Shown: positions 11,451 to 23,160 of the stretch, one piece after another | Layout of the letters: the number at the start of each line of letters is the position of its first letter | Position numbering within the stretch: the first letter of the stretch is position 1 | NCBI RefSeq assembly: GCF_016432865.1 | Contig: NC_067403.1 | Span: forward strand, 254,944,001 to 255,008,000 | Direction of reading: 5' to 3' | Origin: Antechinus flavipes | Taxonomy: Eukaryota | DNA: 64,000 nucleotides | Program-made: the position numbers and the translations under genes | Notes under the pieces: generated by a model | What the model was told of the DNA's origin: nothing | The model's input: the letters and a program-made list of their open reading frames with translations, nothing else | Database searches by the model: none

Positions 11451-14400
11451 ATGGGGCTGGCCGGGCTGCTCGCCCTCGGGCGCCGCGCGGGGCCGGCGCT
11501 TAAAGGGGCGTCGGGAGCTGCCACAGCAGCCCAGAGCTTCTCTGGCGCGTCGGTTCGGACCCTGCGCAGCGCACCTGCAGCCATGGCCCCGATCAAGGTG
11601 AGCCGTGGCCAGATCTTGCCTTTGACCTTGGCCGCCTCCTCCCTTCCCCTCCCCCGGGACCGACCCTCCCCCCCATGCATTCTGACCTTCCCCATCGTCC
11701 CCCCTGTCAGGGACCCACCTCGTGGACTGACACCCAGTGACTCGTCTACTGTCGGAGCCCTCCCCATCTATTCCCCTCCAGTAACCCAGACTCTCCATGT
11801 AGACTGACCTATTTTATAGACTAATAGATGGAGTCTGTAACAGTTGACACCCCCTGCCCCCTATTGAACGAATCTCCCCATCACCCAGGGATAAATCTCT
11901 TCATACCCTGACCTCCCTGCCCAGCCTCCTCCCTCAGCCCTTTGTGGACCCCCCTCCTCCTTGTGGGCCGACCATATTGGGAGGGTCCCTCTCTGGCCCG
12001 ACTCTCCTCCCATTTATAAACCAATGATGAATAGAGACATTGCTCCCAACTGGGCATCCGCCCTCTGCAGTGGTTCCGGAGGGTCACAGGCTCGTGCGCT
12101 CCCTGAGGGCAGGGCTTGCTCCCTTTGGCCTGACCCTTGGCCGGAGCAGCTTTCTGTCTGCTCCTTTACAGATGGGGAAACTGAGGTATAGGGCAGTGAT
12201 GTGCCTGGGCGGGGGACTAAGGAGGGTGGGCTTTAACACAGGTCTTCCGAAGGCAAAGCTTTGCTTAATGAGCCGAGCCTCCCAGGAAGGAGTACTTTTT
12301 CCTGGATTGGCTCCTCAGTTAGACTGACAGCTGCCCCCTCATCCCCTGTCATCCCAAGATCCTTGGGCATCTTCCATAAGGAGTGGCCTGAGCCTCCCCG
12401 AGGGTCCCCAGATCAACCGACATCTCCCTGAGGGATTGATGCCCCAGTGTAATACCCACAGCCCCTCAGCTACTCAGAGAGGGAACACTTTCCTTCCCCA
12501 AGTCTGTGCCTCTGGACCAAATTTTCTGCTGCCTGGCCTGTCCCTCCTCCCGCCCCTGAGGCTGAGATCTGTTTGAGTGTGAGTGTGTGTGTGTGTGTGT
12601 GTGACAGAGAGAGAGAAATGAAAGACAGAAATGAGAGACAGAAATGAGAGGCAGGAGACAGAAAGAAACAGATAAATGAGAGAGAAACAGCAATGAGAGA
12701 CACAGATAGAGGAGAGACAAAGAGAAAGAGACAGAGAGAGAAATGAGAGACAGAGGAGAGAGACAGAGAAAAATTAGAGATAGAGAGGAGACAGAGATGG
12801 AGAGATAAAGAGAAAAAGACAGACATAAATAAGAGGAGAGACACGACAGAGACAGAGAGGAAGAGAGAGACTGAGAAACATAGAGAAAACAGAAAAACAA
12901 AAACAGAGAAAGAAATGAGACACAGAGGAGAGAGACAGAGATAGAGAAAAATTAGAGAGAGGCAAGACAAGACAGATAAAGAAAAAGAGAGACAGAGAGG
13001 AGAAAGACAAGACAGAAACAGAGAGGAAGAGAGAGACTGAGAGACACAAAGAAGACAGAGAAACAGACAAACAGGTAGAAATGAGAGACAGAGGAAGAGA
13101 GAGACAGAGAGACAGAAATGAGAGCCAGAGAGAGCCCAATGAGAGAGACAGACAGAATGCTTTAGACTGTGTGTTGGAGACAGTCTCATGTTGGAGCCAT
13201 TTCCCCTCCCCTTCTTCCTGAAGCCAGATATTTTGGTCTCTGTGTCTTCTTCCAAACCACAGTCTCCTAAAGGGGACTCCACCAGGCAAATCCCAGCCTC
13301 TGACCAGACTTTGCCCTCTCCTTTCCCTACTCCAGGTCTTCCTGCCCCTCCCCTCCCCTCCCCTCTCATCCCTTCCCCATCCCACTCCTTTCCCAGAAGG
13401 CAGGCTTTGCTCTTGCTCCACACAAGCTATTAATCTGGATTATGCAACCCTGGCTTGGCCACAGAAAAAAACTCCCAGGTTACCAACCGTCCTTTTGATG
13501 CCCAAGGGAGGGACCATAACTTCCGGGAAATTGAGATCCCGCTGGGGTGGGGATGGCCGTGGGGTGATCCAGCTGGCCCCGGGACAGAGAAGGGAGCAGG
13601 AAACTTTCCTGGGGAATTTCCCTTCGCTGTCCCAGGCACGAAGGCTGTGGGTCCACTCCTGGCTTCCCGGGCCCTGAGCCTTCTCTTCCCCCAGGTGGGT
13701 GATGCCCTTCCATCCGTGGAGGTATTTGAGGGAGATCCAGGCAAGAAAGTGAACTTGGCAGAGCTGTTCAAAGGCAAGAAGGGGGTGCTCTTTGGGGTTC
13801 CTGGAGCTTTCACGCCAGGCTGTTCCAAGGTAAAGAAATGATGCTTAACAGGACCTCGCTGTGTTAGGGTGAAATGAGCTCTCTTTGGGGGCCCTTATCA
13901 TCCCTTATTTTGGGCACTGGGGAAGTACGGGTTAGAGAAGCAGCCCTTTCCCACTCTCTTGAGTGAAGAGTGACAGCATTTTGGGGTCCTTGGAAGCTCC
14001 AAGGGGAAATGAAGGAGGACTTGGGGAGCCTGGGGGAGGGGGAGAAGGCAAGGTCAGAAAGGCTGCTAACCCCTGTGCTCTGGTTCCCAGACCCACCTGC
14101 CTGGATTTGTGGAGCAGGCTGAAGCCCTGAAGGCCAAGGGGGCCGAGGTGGTGGCCTGTCTCACTGTCAACGATGTCTTTGTGGTCAGTGAGTGGGGCCT
14201 GTCACAAAAGGCTGCAGGGAAGGTGAGGCCCTGGGGGAGGGGACGCGGGCTGGGGAGGACTCATTGAGAGGAGGGTCGGCGGAGGAGGCTGACCCCCCCC
14301 CCCACTTGTGCTTCTATCTCCAGGTTCGGCTTCTGGCTGACCCCACGGGGGCCTTTGGGAAGGTGAGTCTTTGCTGTCACTTTTGGGGACCAACTTGGGA

Positions 14401-14907
14401 AAGGGGGGCAGCCACCACAGCTGGGGGTCCCTGAGGCCTGGCTCGGGGCGGGGAGAGGCAGGAGGGAGTCAGACGGAGGGGGGGCCATCCCAGTTGGGTC
14501 ACTTCCTAGCTCCGATTCCTTTTCCTCCTGGGGCCTGTGAAATGACAGGGCTGCACTAAAGCTCCCCAAAGCCGCCAAGTGCTTGGGGTGGGGTCCGAGC
14601 GGTGACCTTCCTTGGTGACCTTGACCTCTCTCCCCGCTCCCTGTCCTAGGCGGCAGAGCTGCTCCTGGATGACTCCCTCGTGCCCCTGTTTGGGAACCAT
14701 CGTCTGAAGAGGTGAGCGCTCCGGAGCCCTCTATGGGCAGTCCCCCTTCCCCTCCCCCCATGTGCCCCTAGGCGTCCCCTGACCCCTGTGACCATCTGCA
14801 GGTTCTCCATGGTGGTGCAGGATGGCGTTGTGAAAGCCCTGAACGTGGAGCCAGACGGCACAGGTCTCACCTGCAGCCTCGCCCCCAACCTCCTGTCGCA
14901 GCTCTGA
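11451..14907 (+). CDS. PRDX5: Peroxiredoxin 5, 6 exons, 206-aa mitochondrial form; short form from ATG 11583
   Basis: Exons 11451-11597, 13695-13829, 14091-14222, 14324-14362, 14650-14711, 14802-14907. Contains an MGLAG... presequence, MAPIKVGD, peroxidatic FTPGCSKTH, resolving GLTCSLAP and C-terminal PTS1 SQL*. Confidence 0.98.
12574..13150 (+). repeat. Compound (GT)n then degenerate (GA/GACA)n purine-rich tract in PRDX5 intron 1
   Basis: ~570 bp almost entirely G/A with interspersed C on the + strand. Confidence 0.95.
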
Positions 14908-14979
14908 AGCCTGAGCCCAGGGAGACAGCGCCAGCTGGCGTCCGAGCCCCCGCCTCTGGGGGCCCCTCTTGAGGCTCGC

Positions 14980-14985
14980 AATAAA
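14980..14985 (+). terminator. PRDX5 polyadenylation signal
   Basis: AATAAA 73 nt after the stop. Confidence 0.8.
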
Positions 14986-15279
14986 ACATGTCTGTTCGCT
15001 GACTCTCGGTCTCCTTTCTGCTGGGGGCCATCTCAGGGCCTGCCCTCTGGGGGGGTTACACTCTGCAGGAGACAATGGCCAGCCAGTCTCCTACGCGGAC
15101 ACGTCCATAGGTCATAGACAGCACAAGGGATGGCGCAGGCCCAAGGGGACAAGTCTCCTCTTGGCGTGGGCGACCAGGGTGGGCTCTGGGGAGACCAGTC
15201 TCAGGTGGATCTGGCGTCACCAGAGCGCCTGCGGTGGGGGCGAGCTTCCTCCCATGGCCATCCATCCTCCGCCATTGCT

Positions 15280-15790
15280 TGAGTCTGGACTCGGCCTCCC
15301 TCGGTTCTCTCTCTGGAGGTGGAGGCCATTTTTCACCACAGATCCTTCAGAATGGGCTTGGATCATCGCGTTAATCACGATGGCTCCGTCATTCGCGATT
15401 GGTCACAGTGCCCCATTGCTGTTTCTGTGCCGTTCTGGTTCCGCTCGCCTCACTTTATGTCGGTACACACACGTCTCCCAGGTTTTTCTGAACATCTCCC
15501 TCCTCACGTCTGATATTCCATCAACCTGTTCGCCGTTCCCCGATGGATGGACGTCCCCTCAATTTCCAGGCCTCTGCCGCCACGAAAAGAATTGCTAGAA
15601 AGATTTTTGTACGTTTAGGTCCTTTTCCTTTCACTCTTTGGGATACAGACCTGGTCGCGCTCTTGCTGGCTCCCAAGTTTATAGCCCTTAGGACAGTCCC
15701 AAGTTATTCTCCAGAATGGTTGAGCCAATTCATGGCTGCACCCACAGGGCCTCAATGTGCCCGATTCCCCACAGCCTCTCCACCAATAGT
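15280..15790 (-). mobile_element. Old marsupial L1 fragment (3' UTR / ORF2 end)
   Basis: Degenerate version of the L1 motifs seen in younger copies here (e.g. CTCTTTGGGATACAG). Confidence 0.55.
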
Positions 15791-15885
15791 CACTTTCCTT
15801 ATTCTTTGGTCATTTTTGTCAATCTGTAAAGCACTTTGCAAACCTTAAATCTCTATATAAGTACCTGAGATTATTCTTTTAATAT

Positions 15886-16050
15886 CCTTGGGAAAGATTG
15901 AAGGCCAAAGGAGAAGGGGGCGGCAGAGGATGAGAGGGAGAGACGGAGTCATGGAAACAACAAACGTAAACCGGGAGACAATGGAGGACTTAGTGTGCTG
16001 TGGTTAAGAGGAGTCAGACAGGATCCCGCCACTGAACAACCAGCAACAGA
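15886..16050 (+). mobile_element. RTE/BovB-type 3' tail (MAR1 SINE-like)
   Basis: TTGGGAAAGATTGAAGGC...GAGAAGGGG..CAGAGGATGAGA is typical of the BovB/MAR1 tail. Confidence 0.6.
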
Positions 16051-16564
16051 ACACTTTTAATTGGGAGGTGGTGGATTGAGAAGCAGCGTGCCTGGGGGTG
16101 GATTTATTTTGGAGTCTGTATGCTGCTGAAACCACAAGTTTTGTCCATGATAATATGATACTATTAAGGTTGAGAATTATATCAGTTATTTAGGTGATTG
16201 TTCTTCCCTCCCATGACTTTGTGAGTTGAAGGTCATCCTGGGTGGGAGCACGGTGCCTTTCAGGGGCCATCACCGGCTGTCTTGACTCTTCCTTGCCATT
16301 GGGCACCAAGAACTCTGGACTAGGTGTTCCACGAGCCTCCATGAGCCTCACCTTTGTCGGCAGAAGGGCCCCAGTTAGGATTGCTGCCGAGCCAGGCTAG
16401 GTCCGCTCTGATCCCTGGCTCTGCTTCTCAGTGAACTTAAGTGTTGCTAGGCGAGCCTGCCTTTGCCTTTATCAGACATCCTCTTGGGTCTGCTCTCTCC
16501 TCCCTGCCCTTCCACTCTCCCTCCCTCCATTTCCCGTCTTTCTGGTCTGAATTATCTCTGGGCC

Positions 16565-18150
16565 TGTTGGAAGGTCAGATGGTCAGAAAGACTGACCACA
16601 AAGTAAGGAAGCAGAGAGCTGAGGTCAGAGGCCTTTGGTTCAATGCAATCCCAACCACCCTGAACCTCATTTTTCATGAGGCCCCGTGGCCTGTGCTGTG
16701 GGTTAGGCTCTCTGTGATGGGGATTTGCTTTTTTAAAAATCCGACAAGCCCGGACCTGCCCCAGAATACGACCCAGGACCAAACATCCTGAGCTCTGGGT
16801 GCAGGTGGATTGTGGATTCCAGCTGAGTCACCCTCACCTTCTCACTGATGGGCCTTGGCAGCTAAGCGGCCACTGACAGGAGAAAGCCTGGATTACTGGC
16901 CAAGTTACTCCCAGAAGCCAGCGGGGAGGAGCACTGATAGGATCTTTTTTTTTTTTTTTCTTAATCGGCAAGCATTTATTAAGTACCTCTGTGTGCCTGG
17001 CATTGTATTATATGCTGAGGATGAAAAGACACATAGTCTTTATCTTCCACAAAATATCGCTAGGTTTGATTGGTATTGCCACAGTATCAAATGCAAACTC
17101 CTTTGTTGGGCCACTTGTCTCCTTTTCTTTTCTTTTTCTTTTCTTTTTTTTTTTTAAGCTGTTTATTTTCTTTTCTTTTTTTTTTAATTTTTATTTAATA
17201 ATTACTTTATATTGACACTTGTTTCTGTTAAAGCTTTTTATTTTCAAAACATATGCACGGACAATTTTTCAACACCGACCCTTGCATAGCCTTGTGTTTC
17301 AGATTTCCCCTCCTTCCCCTCACTCCCTCCCCTAAATGGCAAGCAATCCCATATATGTTAGATGTGTTACAATATATGTTAAATCCAACATATATAAACA
17401 TATATGTGCAATTATCTTGTCGCACAAGAAAAATCAGATCAAAAAGGAAAGAAAATGACTAAGAAAACAAAATGCAAACAAACAAAGTTGCCGTCCACAC
17501 TTAGTTCCCGCTGTCTTCTTCCTGGGTGTAGATCATCCCAAAATCACTGGAACTGGACTCACACTGATAGGATCTTAATTAGGCCTTTATTTCGGTTCGG
17601 CCTGGTTGAATTCTTTGTTCAATTTCTTGCATTGATGAATTCTATGTTTCTAATCAGAAGATCAAGTTATGATATCAACCACTGAGGGTTTTTCTCTCCA
17701 GTAAAAGAGCCTCCCTGTAGCTCACACCTGTTAGGACCCTAACTCTTTTTAGGATTAGCTCAGCAATGGCGTGATCCCAATGGCTAACTCCTTAGCCCGA
17801 CTGACATAACCCCTCGTTAACCTTTTTTTTTTTTTTTTTTAAGGAATTTAGCCCACCTTATGGCAGCAAGTTCTTTATGAACTTGCCTTACCTTTATGGC
17901 GTTTTCCCCCTTAATGGTGTATTCCCCCCGCTCACTTGTGAGTTCTGTCAGAGAATTTAGCTTGTGTCTTTCTCCTTTCTTGTCTAAAAATCCTATTTAG
18001 AAACTAAACCCTCTATTATATAATAGCAAGTAAATAAAATCTTTGCCTCTTGATTTGGAGATGATCTAAGCATACAAATTCTGAGATACCTCAGGATACC
18101 AGCCTGAGACCTCAATTTATTTTGAGGGTCCAAATCCCATCTCCCCAACA
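16565..18150 (+). mobile_element. ERV LTR, interrupted by an L1 insertion (5' boundary tentative)
   Basis: Ends ...CCCCAACA and is immediately followed by TTTGGTGG (PBS-like). AATAAA at 18033-18038. TGTTGG at 16565 is a candidate matching inverted terminus. Confidence 0.5.
16932..17576 (-). mobile_element. 5'-truncated L1 with 3'-transduced flank, poly(A) and 15-bp TSD
   Basis: CACTGATAGGATCTT at 16932-16946 and 17562-17576; T-run to 16959; L2-like flank 16960-17115; L1 3' UTR ~17186-17561. Confidence 0.75.
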
Positions 18151-18152
18151 TT

Positions 18153-18270
18153 TGGTGGACCCTATGAGAGAGTCCTAAAACCCCAATTTATTATTTGTGG
18201 TTTAGCATTCTGTACCCCTGTACCCCATTATTTGGTGGCCTTGTATGGGGAGAGTAACCCCTGTACCCCA
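18153..18270 (+). promoter_or_regulatory. Retroviral primer-binding-site-like motifs (tRNA-Ile type)
   Basis: TGGTGGCCTTGTATGGGGA (18233-18251) resembles the complement of the tRNA-Ile 3' end, TGGTGGCCCGTACGGGGA. A more degenerate copy starts at 18153. Confidence 0.55.
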
Positions 18271-18554
18271 TCACCATCATATCAGTTTGGCTTATTTTGC
18301 TTCAACCCAAAGTTTTCTTTGGGAAATGTCAGATCATCGATCTCTTGACAGATATGTGTAAAAAAAGGCTCCTAGATTCTGTATTTGTGCCCAAGGGAAT
18401 GGTACATGTTAGGTATAAGGCTGCCTGCATTTGTCCCACAGAAATTATAAGAGAAAACTGAAATGACTTGTAGGCTCCTAAAAGAGTAATTTAAGCCCAC
18501 TTCTCCCTCCTCACCCTAAGAGCTCATACAGGTTTCCAACCTCCTGAATGAAAA

Positions 18555-20290
18555 TGCATTTATTAAGTACTTAGCCTGGGCCAGGCTTGGTGATGGGTGC
18601 TGGTGATAAAAATAGAAAGGAATAGTGGAGCTTGTGTGCTGGTAAGGGAAACACTGCACACGTGGGCAGTGATGGCCTAGGAGGGCAGCTTCGTCCTGGA
18701 AAGTCACAGGGATGGTGAGCGGACTCATGCGACAGATCAGCCAAGAAGAAAGGGAGTCAGCCAGGAAGAGAACCAGGAGAGAGCAGGGGCACCAAAACCT
18801 AGGGAGGAAAGTATATCTAAGAGGAAAAGGTGCTGGTGAACTCGGAAGAGCGCACTGGAGTTGGCAAAGAGGAGATCCTTAAGACTGATGGGGCTTCTGT
18901 TCCTTCCTATAAAAGCTGGCTCGAATCTCTCCTCCTTCAGCAAGCCCTCCCTGATTTTTTTGGTCTGTAAGGTCCTTCTACCTTGAGTTTTACCTATCAC
19001 TATCTTCATCTCTGATGTCCTTATCATTAAATACTATATATTAAGGTTATCTTGTGTTAGTATATTGTTCCCCTACTTGATTATAGGCAAGAACCATGCC
19101 TTATCTTCATTTTGTGTCTTTTCTTAATCTCATATGGATATTACATACAGGAGGTGCTTAATGAATGCTTGTTGTATTTTACTGGGATACGCATTGGTTG
19201 TGGGAAGAGAAATCTCCCCTTGGATCTACAGGTAAAGGCTGTGAGATTTCTTCTAGGGGATTGTGGTAGGCTCGTGGGTCATATAGTGAAAGTGATGGCC
19301 AGAACTAGACCAAAGAATTCCTTAATTCTTCTCTATTCCACAAATATTCAAAACCTTTCATTCAGATTCCTCCCTAGATCATCATCGCCCCTGTCCTGGC
19401 TACATTCTTCTCCCTTCTCTATCTCAACTCCTTGGAACCAGTTTAACTTCATACTCTTCTGTTCTTGAATCCATGTCTCCTTATCCTATCACAGATTATG
19501 TCTTTCTGAACTCCAAGCTTAAATTACTCTGATCTTCTGCCTCCTTTACTCCTATTCTTGTTCTGCTGAGTGGGGCTAGAGAAAAGCATGAAATGGTGTT
19601 GGCCGGATCCACAAATTTATATATAATTTCGACTGGGCTCTCACCGCATCAAGGCAATCCTTTTGCAACTCACTAACTGGCTCATTCTCCCACTCAGCAC
19701 AGGGCCCTTCCAAATCTTTTTATCTCTCCTCAACCCTTCCACCATGTTACCCTTTTCACGCCCACCAGCTCACCTGAAAATCTTGCCTTCTACTTGACTG
19801 AAAAATGGAGGTCATGCACCAAGAGCTTCCTCTTCCCTCTTCCTCCTCAACTCACAGTTTCCAGAGGCCTTCTGCCACTATTTCTTCCATCACCCATTTC
19901 ACATGAGGTAGTGTCTTTTTTCTGGCCAAGACAAGTCCTTTTCACACACAAGGGATCCCATTCCATTTCATTTTTCTCCTCAGATTTCCCTCTCTTTCAT
20001 ACCCATTTTTTTCAATCTGTAATCACTCCCTGTCTACTGGCACCTTCTCTGTTGCCTTCAAACACCTTCATGTCTCTCCCACATTAAAAAAAAAATCCGA
20101 ATAGATCTAAACTTCCTTGATAAATACCATCCTATGTATCTCTTCCATTTTGTGGTTAAACTCCTTGAAAAAGCCATCTACATTTACTGCCTCCAGATAT
20201 CCTCCTAGCTCTGGTAAGCCCTCTGCAGTGAGGCTTCCAACTCATCACTCACCTGAAACTGTTCCCTCATCAGAATGACCAATAATCTCT
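18555..20290. mobile_element. Cluster of L2 fragments (minus ~18555-18800; plus ~18980-19180 and ~19330-20290)
   Basis: L2 3' motifs GCATTTATTAAG and GTGCTTAATGAATGCTTG, plus pyrimidine-rich L2 ORF2-like sequence. Confidence 0.6.
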
Positions 20291-20309
20291 CCCCCGCTTT
20301 GTTAAAATT

Positions 20310-21760
20310 AAAGCTTTTTATTTTCAAAACACATGCATAGATAATTTTTAACATTTACTTTTGCAAAACCTTGGGTTTCAATTTTTTTCCCTTTCTTCCC
20401 TCTATCCCCTCCCTTACATAGCAAGTCATCCAATATATGTTTTTTTTAAAATGTATAAACATATTTATACAATTCTCTTGCTGTACAAGAAAAATCAGAT
20501 CGAAAAGGAAAGAAAATGAGTAAGAAAACAAAATGCAAGTGAACAACAACAAAAAAGAGTGAACATGCTGTTGTGATCCACACTCATATCCCTCAGTCCT
20601 CTCTCTGGGAGCAGATGGCTCTCTTCATCACAAGATCGTTGGAACTGGCCTCAATCACCTCATCGTTGAAGAGAGCCACATCCATCAGAAGTGACCATTG
20701 TATAATCTTTGTTATTCTCATGTATAATGATCTCCTGATCCTGCTCGCTTCTCTCAGCATCAGTTCCTCTCAGTCTGTCCAGGCCTCTCTGAAATCATCC
20801 CGCTGGTCATTTCCTACAGAACAATAATATTCCATAACATTCATATACCACAATTTATTTAGCCATTCCCAACTGCTTGGTATCCGCTCAGTTTCCAGTT
20901 CCTTCCCACTGCAACAAGGGCTGTCACAAACATTTTTGCACTTATGGTCCCTTTCCCTCCTTTAAGATCTCTTTGGGATTAGGCCCAATAGAAACACCGC
21001 TGGGTCAAAGGGGATGCACAGTTTGGTAACTTTTTGAGCATAGTTCCAAATTGCTCTTCAGAATGGGTGGATCCATTCACAGTTCCACCAACAATGTATC
21101 AGTGTCCCGGTTTTCCCACATCCCTGCCAACATTCATCATTACCTTTTCCTGTCATTTTAGCCAGTCTGGCAGGTGTGTAATAATTGAACATATGTTAAA
21201 CACAAGCAATTCTTCTATACATATTTCCACAATTATGCCGCACAAGAAAAATTACATCAAAAAGGAAAAAAATGAAAAAGAAAACAAAATGCAAGCAAAT
21301 GAAAACAAAAAAGGTGATAATATCACGTCAGTTCCCACTGTCCTCTCTCTGGGTGCAGATGGCTCTCGCCATCCCAAGGCCATTAAAAATTGACTGAAAC
21401 ACTTCACTGTAGAAAAGAGCCACACCCATAAGAATTGATCATCACATAATCTTCTTGTTGCCGTGTTCTCCTGGTCCTGCTCACTTCCCTCAGCATCAGT
21501 CCATGGAAGTCTCTCCAGGCCTTTCTGAAATCCTCTGCTGATTATTTCTTATAAAACAATGATATTCTGTAATATTCATATACCATAACTTATCCAGCCA
21601 TTCCTCGACTGGTGGACATCCACGCAGTTCCCAGTTCCTTGCCATCCAAAATGTCCCGCTACAAACATTTTTGCACATGGAGAGCCTTTCCCCTTTTTTC
21701 TGATCTCTTTGGGATACAGGCTCAGTAGAAACACTGCTGGATCAAAAGATATGCTCACCC
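20310..21760 (-). mobile_element. Nested marsupial L1 3' fragments
   Basis: ORF2 C-terminal remnants in the ORF track (WMARNWELRGCPPVEEWLDKLWY) and repeated AAAGCTTTTTATTTTCAAAAC 3' ends. Confidence 0.85.
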
Positions 21761-22703
21761 CTCGCCTGAGCCAGCCATGTTCCGCAACCATAGTTCTGTG
21801 CATTTCCAAGTGGATCATTATAAAGGTTATTTCCTTGTTTCTACTTTCTTCCCTTGGCCTGTGTTGGGAGAATCCCTGTTGATGGGGAGAGAGATTAAGG
21901 AAAGCTTCCTGGAGGAGGTGCCACCGGAGCTGGGCCTTGAAGGATGGGTAGAATTTCAGCTAGCTCGCCGGGCAGGGAGTCACTGTGGCCACAGAGAAGA
22001 GCCCAAGGGAAAGTTGGGACACTGAGGGGTGTGTGCAGGGGTGGCTGGTATGGCAGGAAGGTGGGTAGGGCAGTGCTGGTAGTGGAGGGCCTTGAGTCCA
22101 GGCTTATTTGGTGAGAGACAGAGCTCCACCAATGGGGTTAAGGAGCAGCATGACCTACTCTGCGCCTTGTCCTGGCGTGAGAAAGCTAGAGGGATCAGGG
22201 CAGGGGTGGCCGCCCTCTTGCTCCGCACCCATCCCCTTGAATCGCTTTCCTGCGCTCCCATCCTGGCAGCCTTCGGTAGCCTGGAGCTGGCTGCTGCCTC
22301 CCCCCAGGAGATGTCCCCTCCCACCCCCTGCTCCCCCCAGGGAGCTCATTATAACACCCAGATTCCACTATCTCATCCCCCTTCTGCTCCTGGCAGAGCG
22401 TGGGCAGTGGGAATAGAGAGAGGAGGGACTCGTGCAGTCACAGACCCTGACAGCGGAGTAGATGTGGGAGGTGAGAGATACAGGGACCGTGTGTGAGGTG
22501 ACGGAACGAGAGCAAAAGGAGAGCAGACGTAGCAGGGAAGACAGAAAGCTTGATTTTGGACAATTCGGGTTTGAGACGCTTGTGGGATGTCCAGGGGAAG
22601 TCCAGCCTTGTATGCTAGTCTGGAGCTCCGAGAGAGGTCAGGGCTGGAGCTTCGGAACGGTCTCTGCAGACAGGGGTTACTTAAGCTATCGGAGTGAGTG
22701 AAA

Positions 22704-22705
<2 letters not shown>

Positions 22706-22750
<45 letters not shown>

Positions 22751-23023
22751 GATGGAGAGAGATGAGAGATGTGTGTGTGTGTGAGAGAAAGAAAAGGGAG
22801 AGAAACAGAGACAGAGAGACAAAGAGACAAAGAGAGAGAGAGAGAAAGAGATGTGTGTGAGAGAGAAAGAGGAGAGAGACAGAGACAGAGAGACAAAGAG
22901 AGAGAGAGACACAGAGAGAGAGAGACAGAGACAGAGAGAGACAAAGAGAGAGATAGACAGATGTGTGTTTGTGAGAGAGAAAGAGAAGGAAGAGAGAGAG
23001 AGACAGAGACAGACAGAAATATG

Positions 23024-23068
<45 letters not shown>

Positions 23069-23160
23069 AAAGAGAAGAGAGATCGAGACAGAGACAGAGT
23101 GACAGAGACAGAGAGAGAGACAGAGAGGAAAAGGAGAGGGAGAATGAGACAAAGGCAGAG
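22706..23160 (+). repeat. Compound (CA)n/(GT)n/(GA)n microsatellite
   Basis: Directly visible. Confidence 0.95.

Noticed and set aside
12466-13423. Long Leu/Ser/Cys-rich ORFs (also 22373-23214)
   Set aside because: Translations of (GA)n/(CT)n microsatellites.
22338-22361. The duplicated 24-mer as a miRNA or snoRNA
   Set aside because: No enclosing hairpin, no C/D box pair, and no mature miRNA that I recognise.
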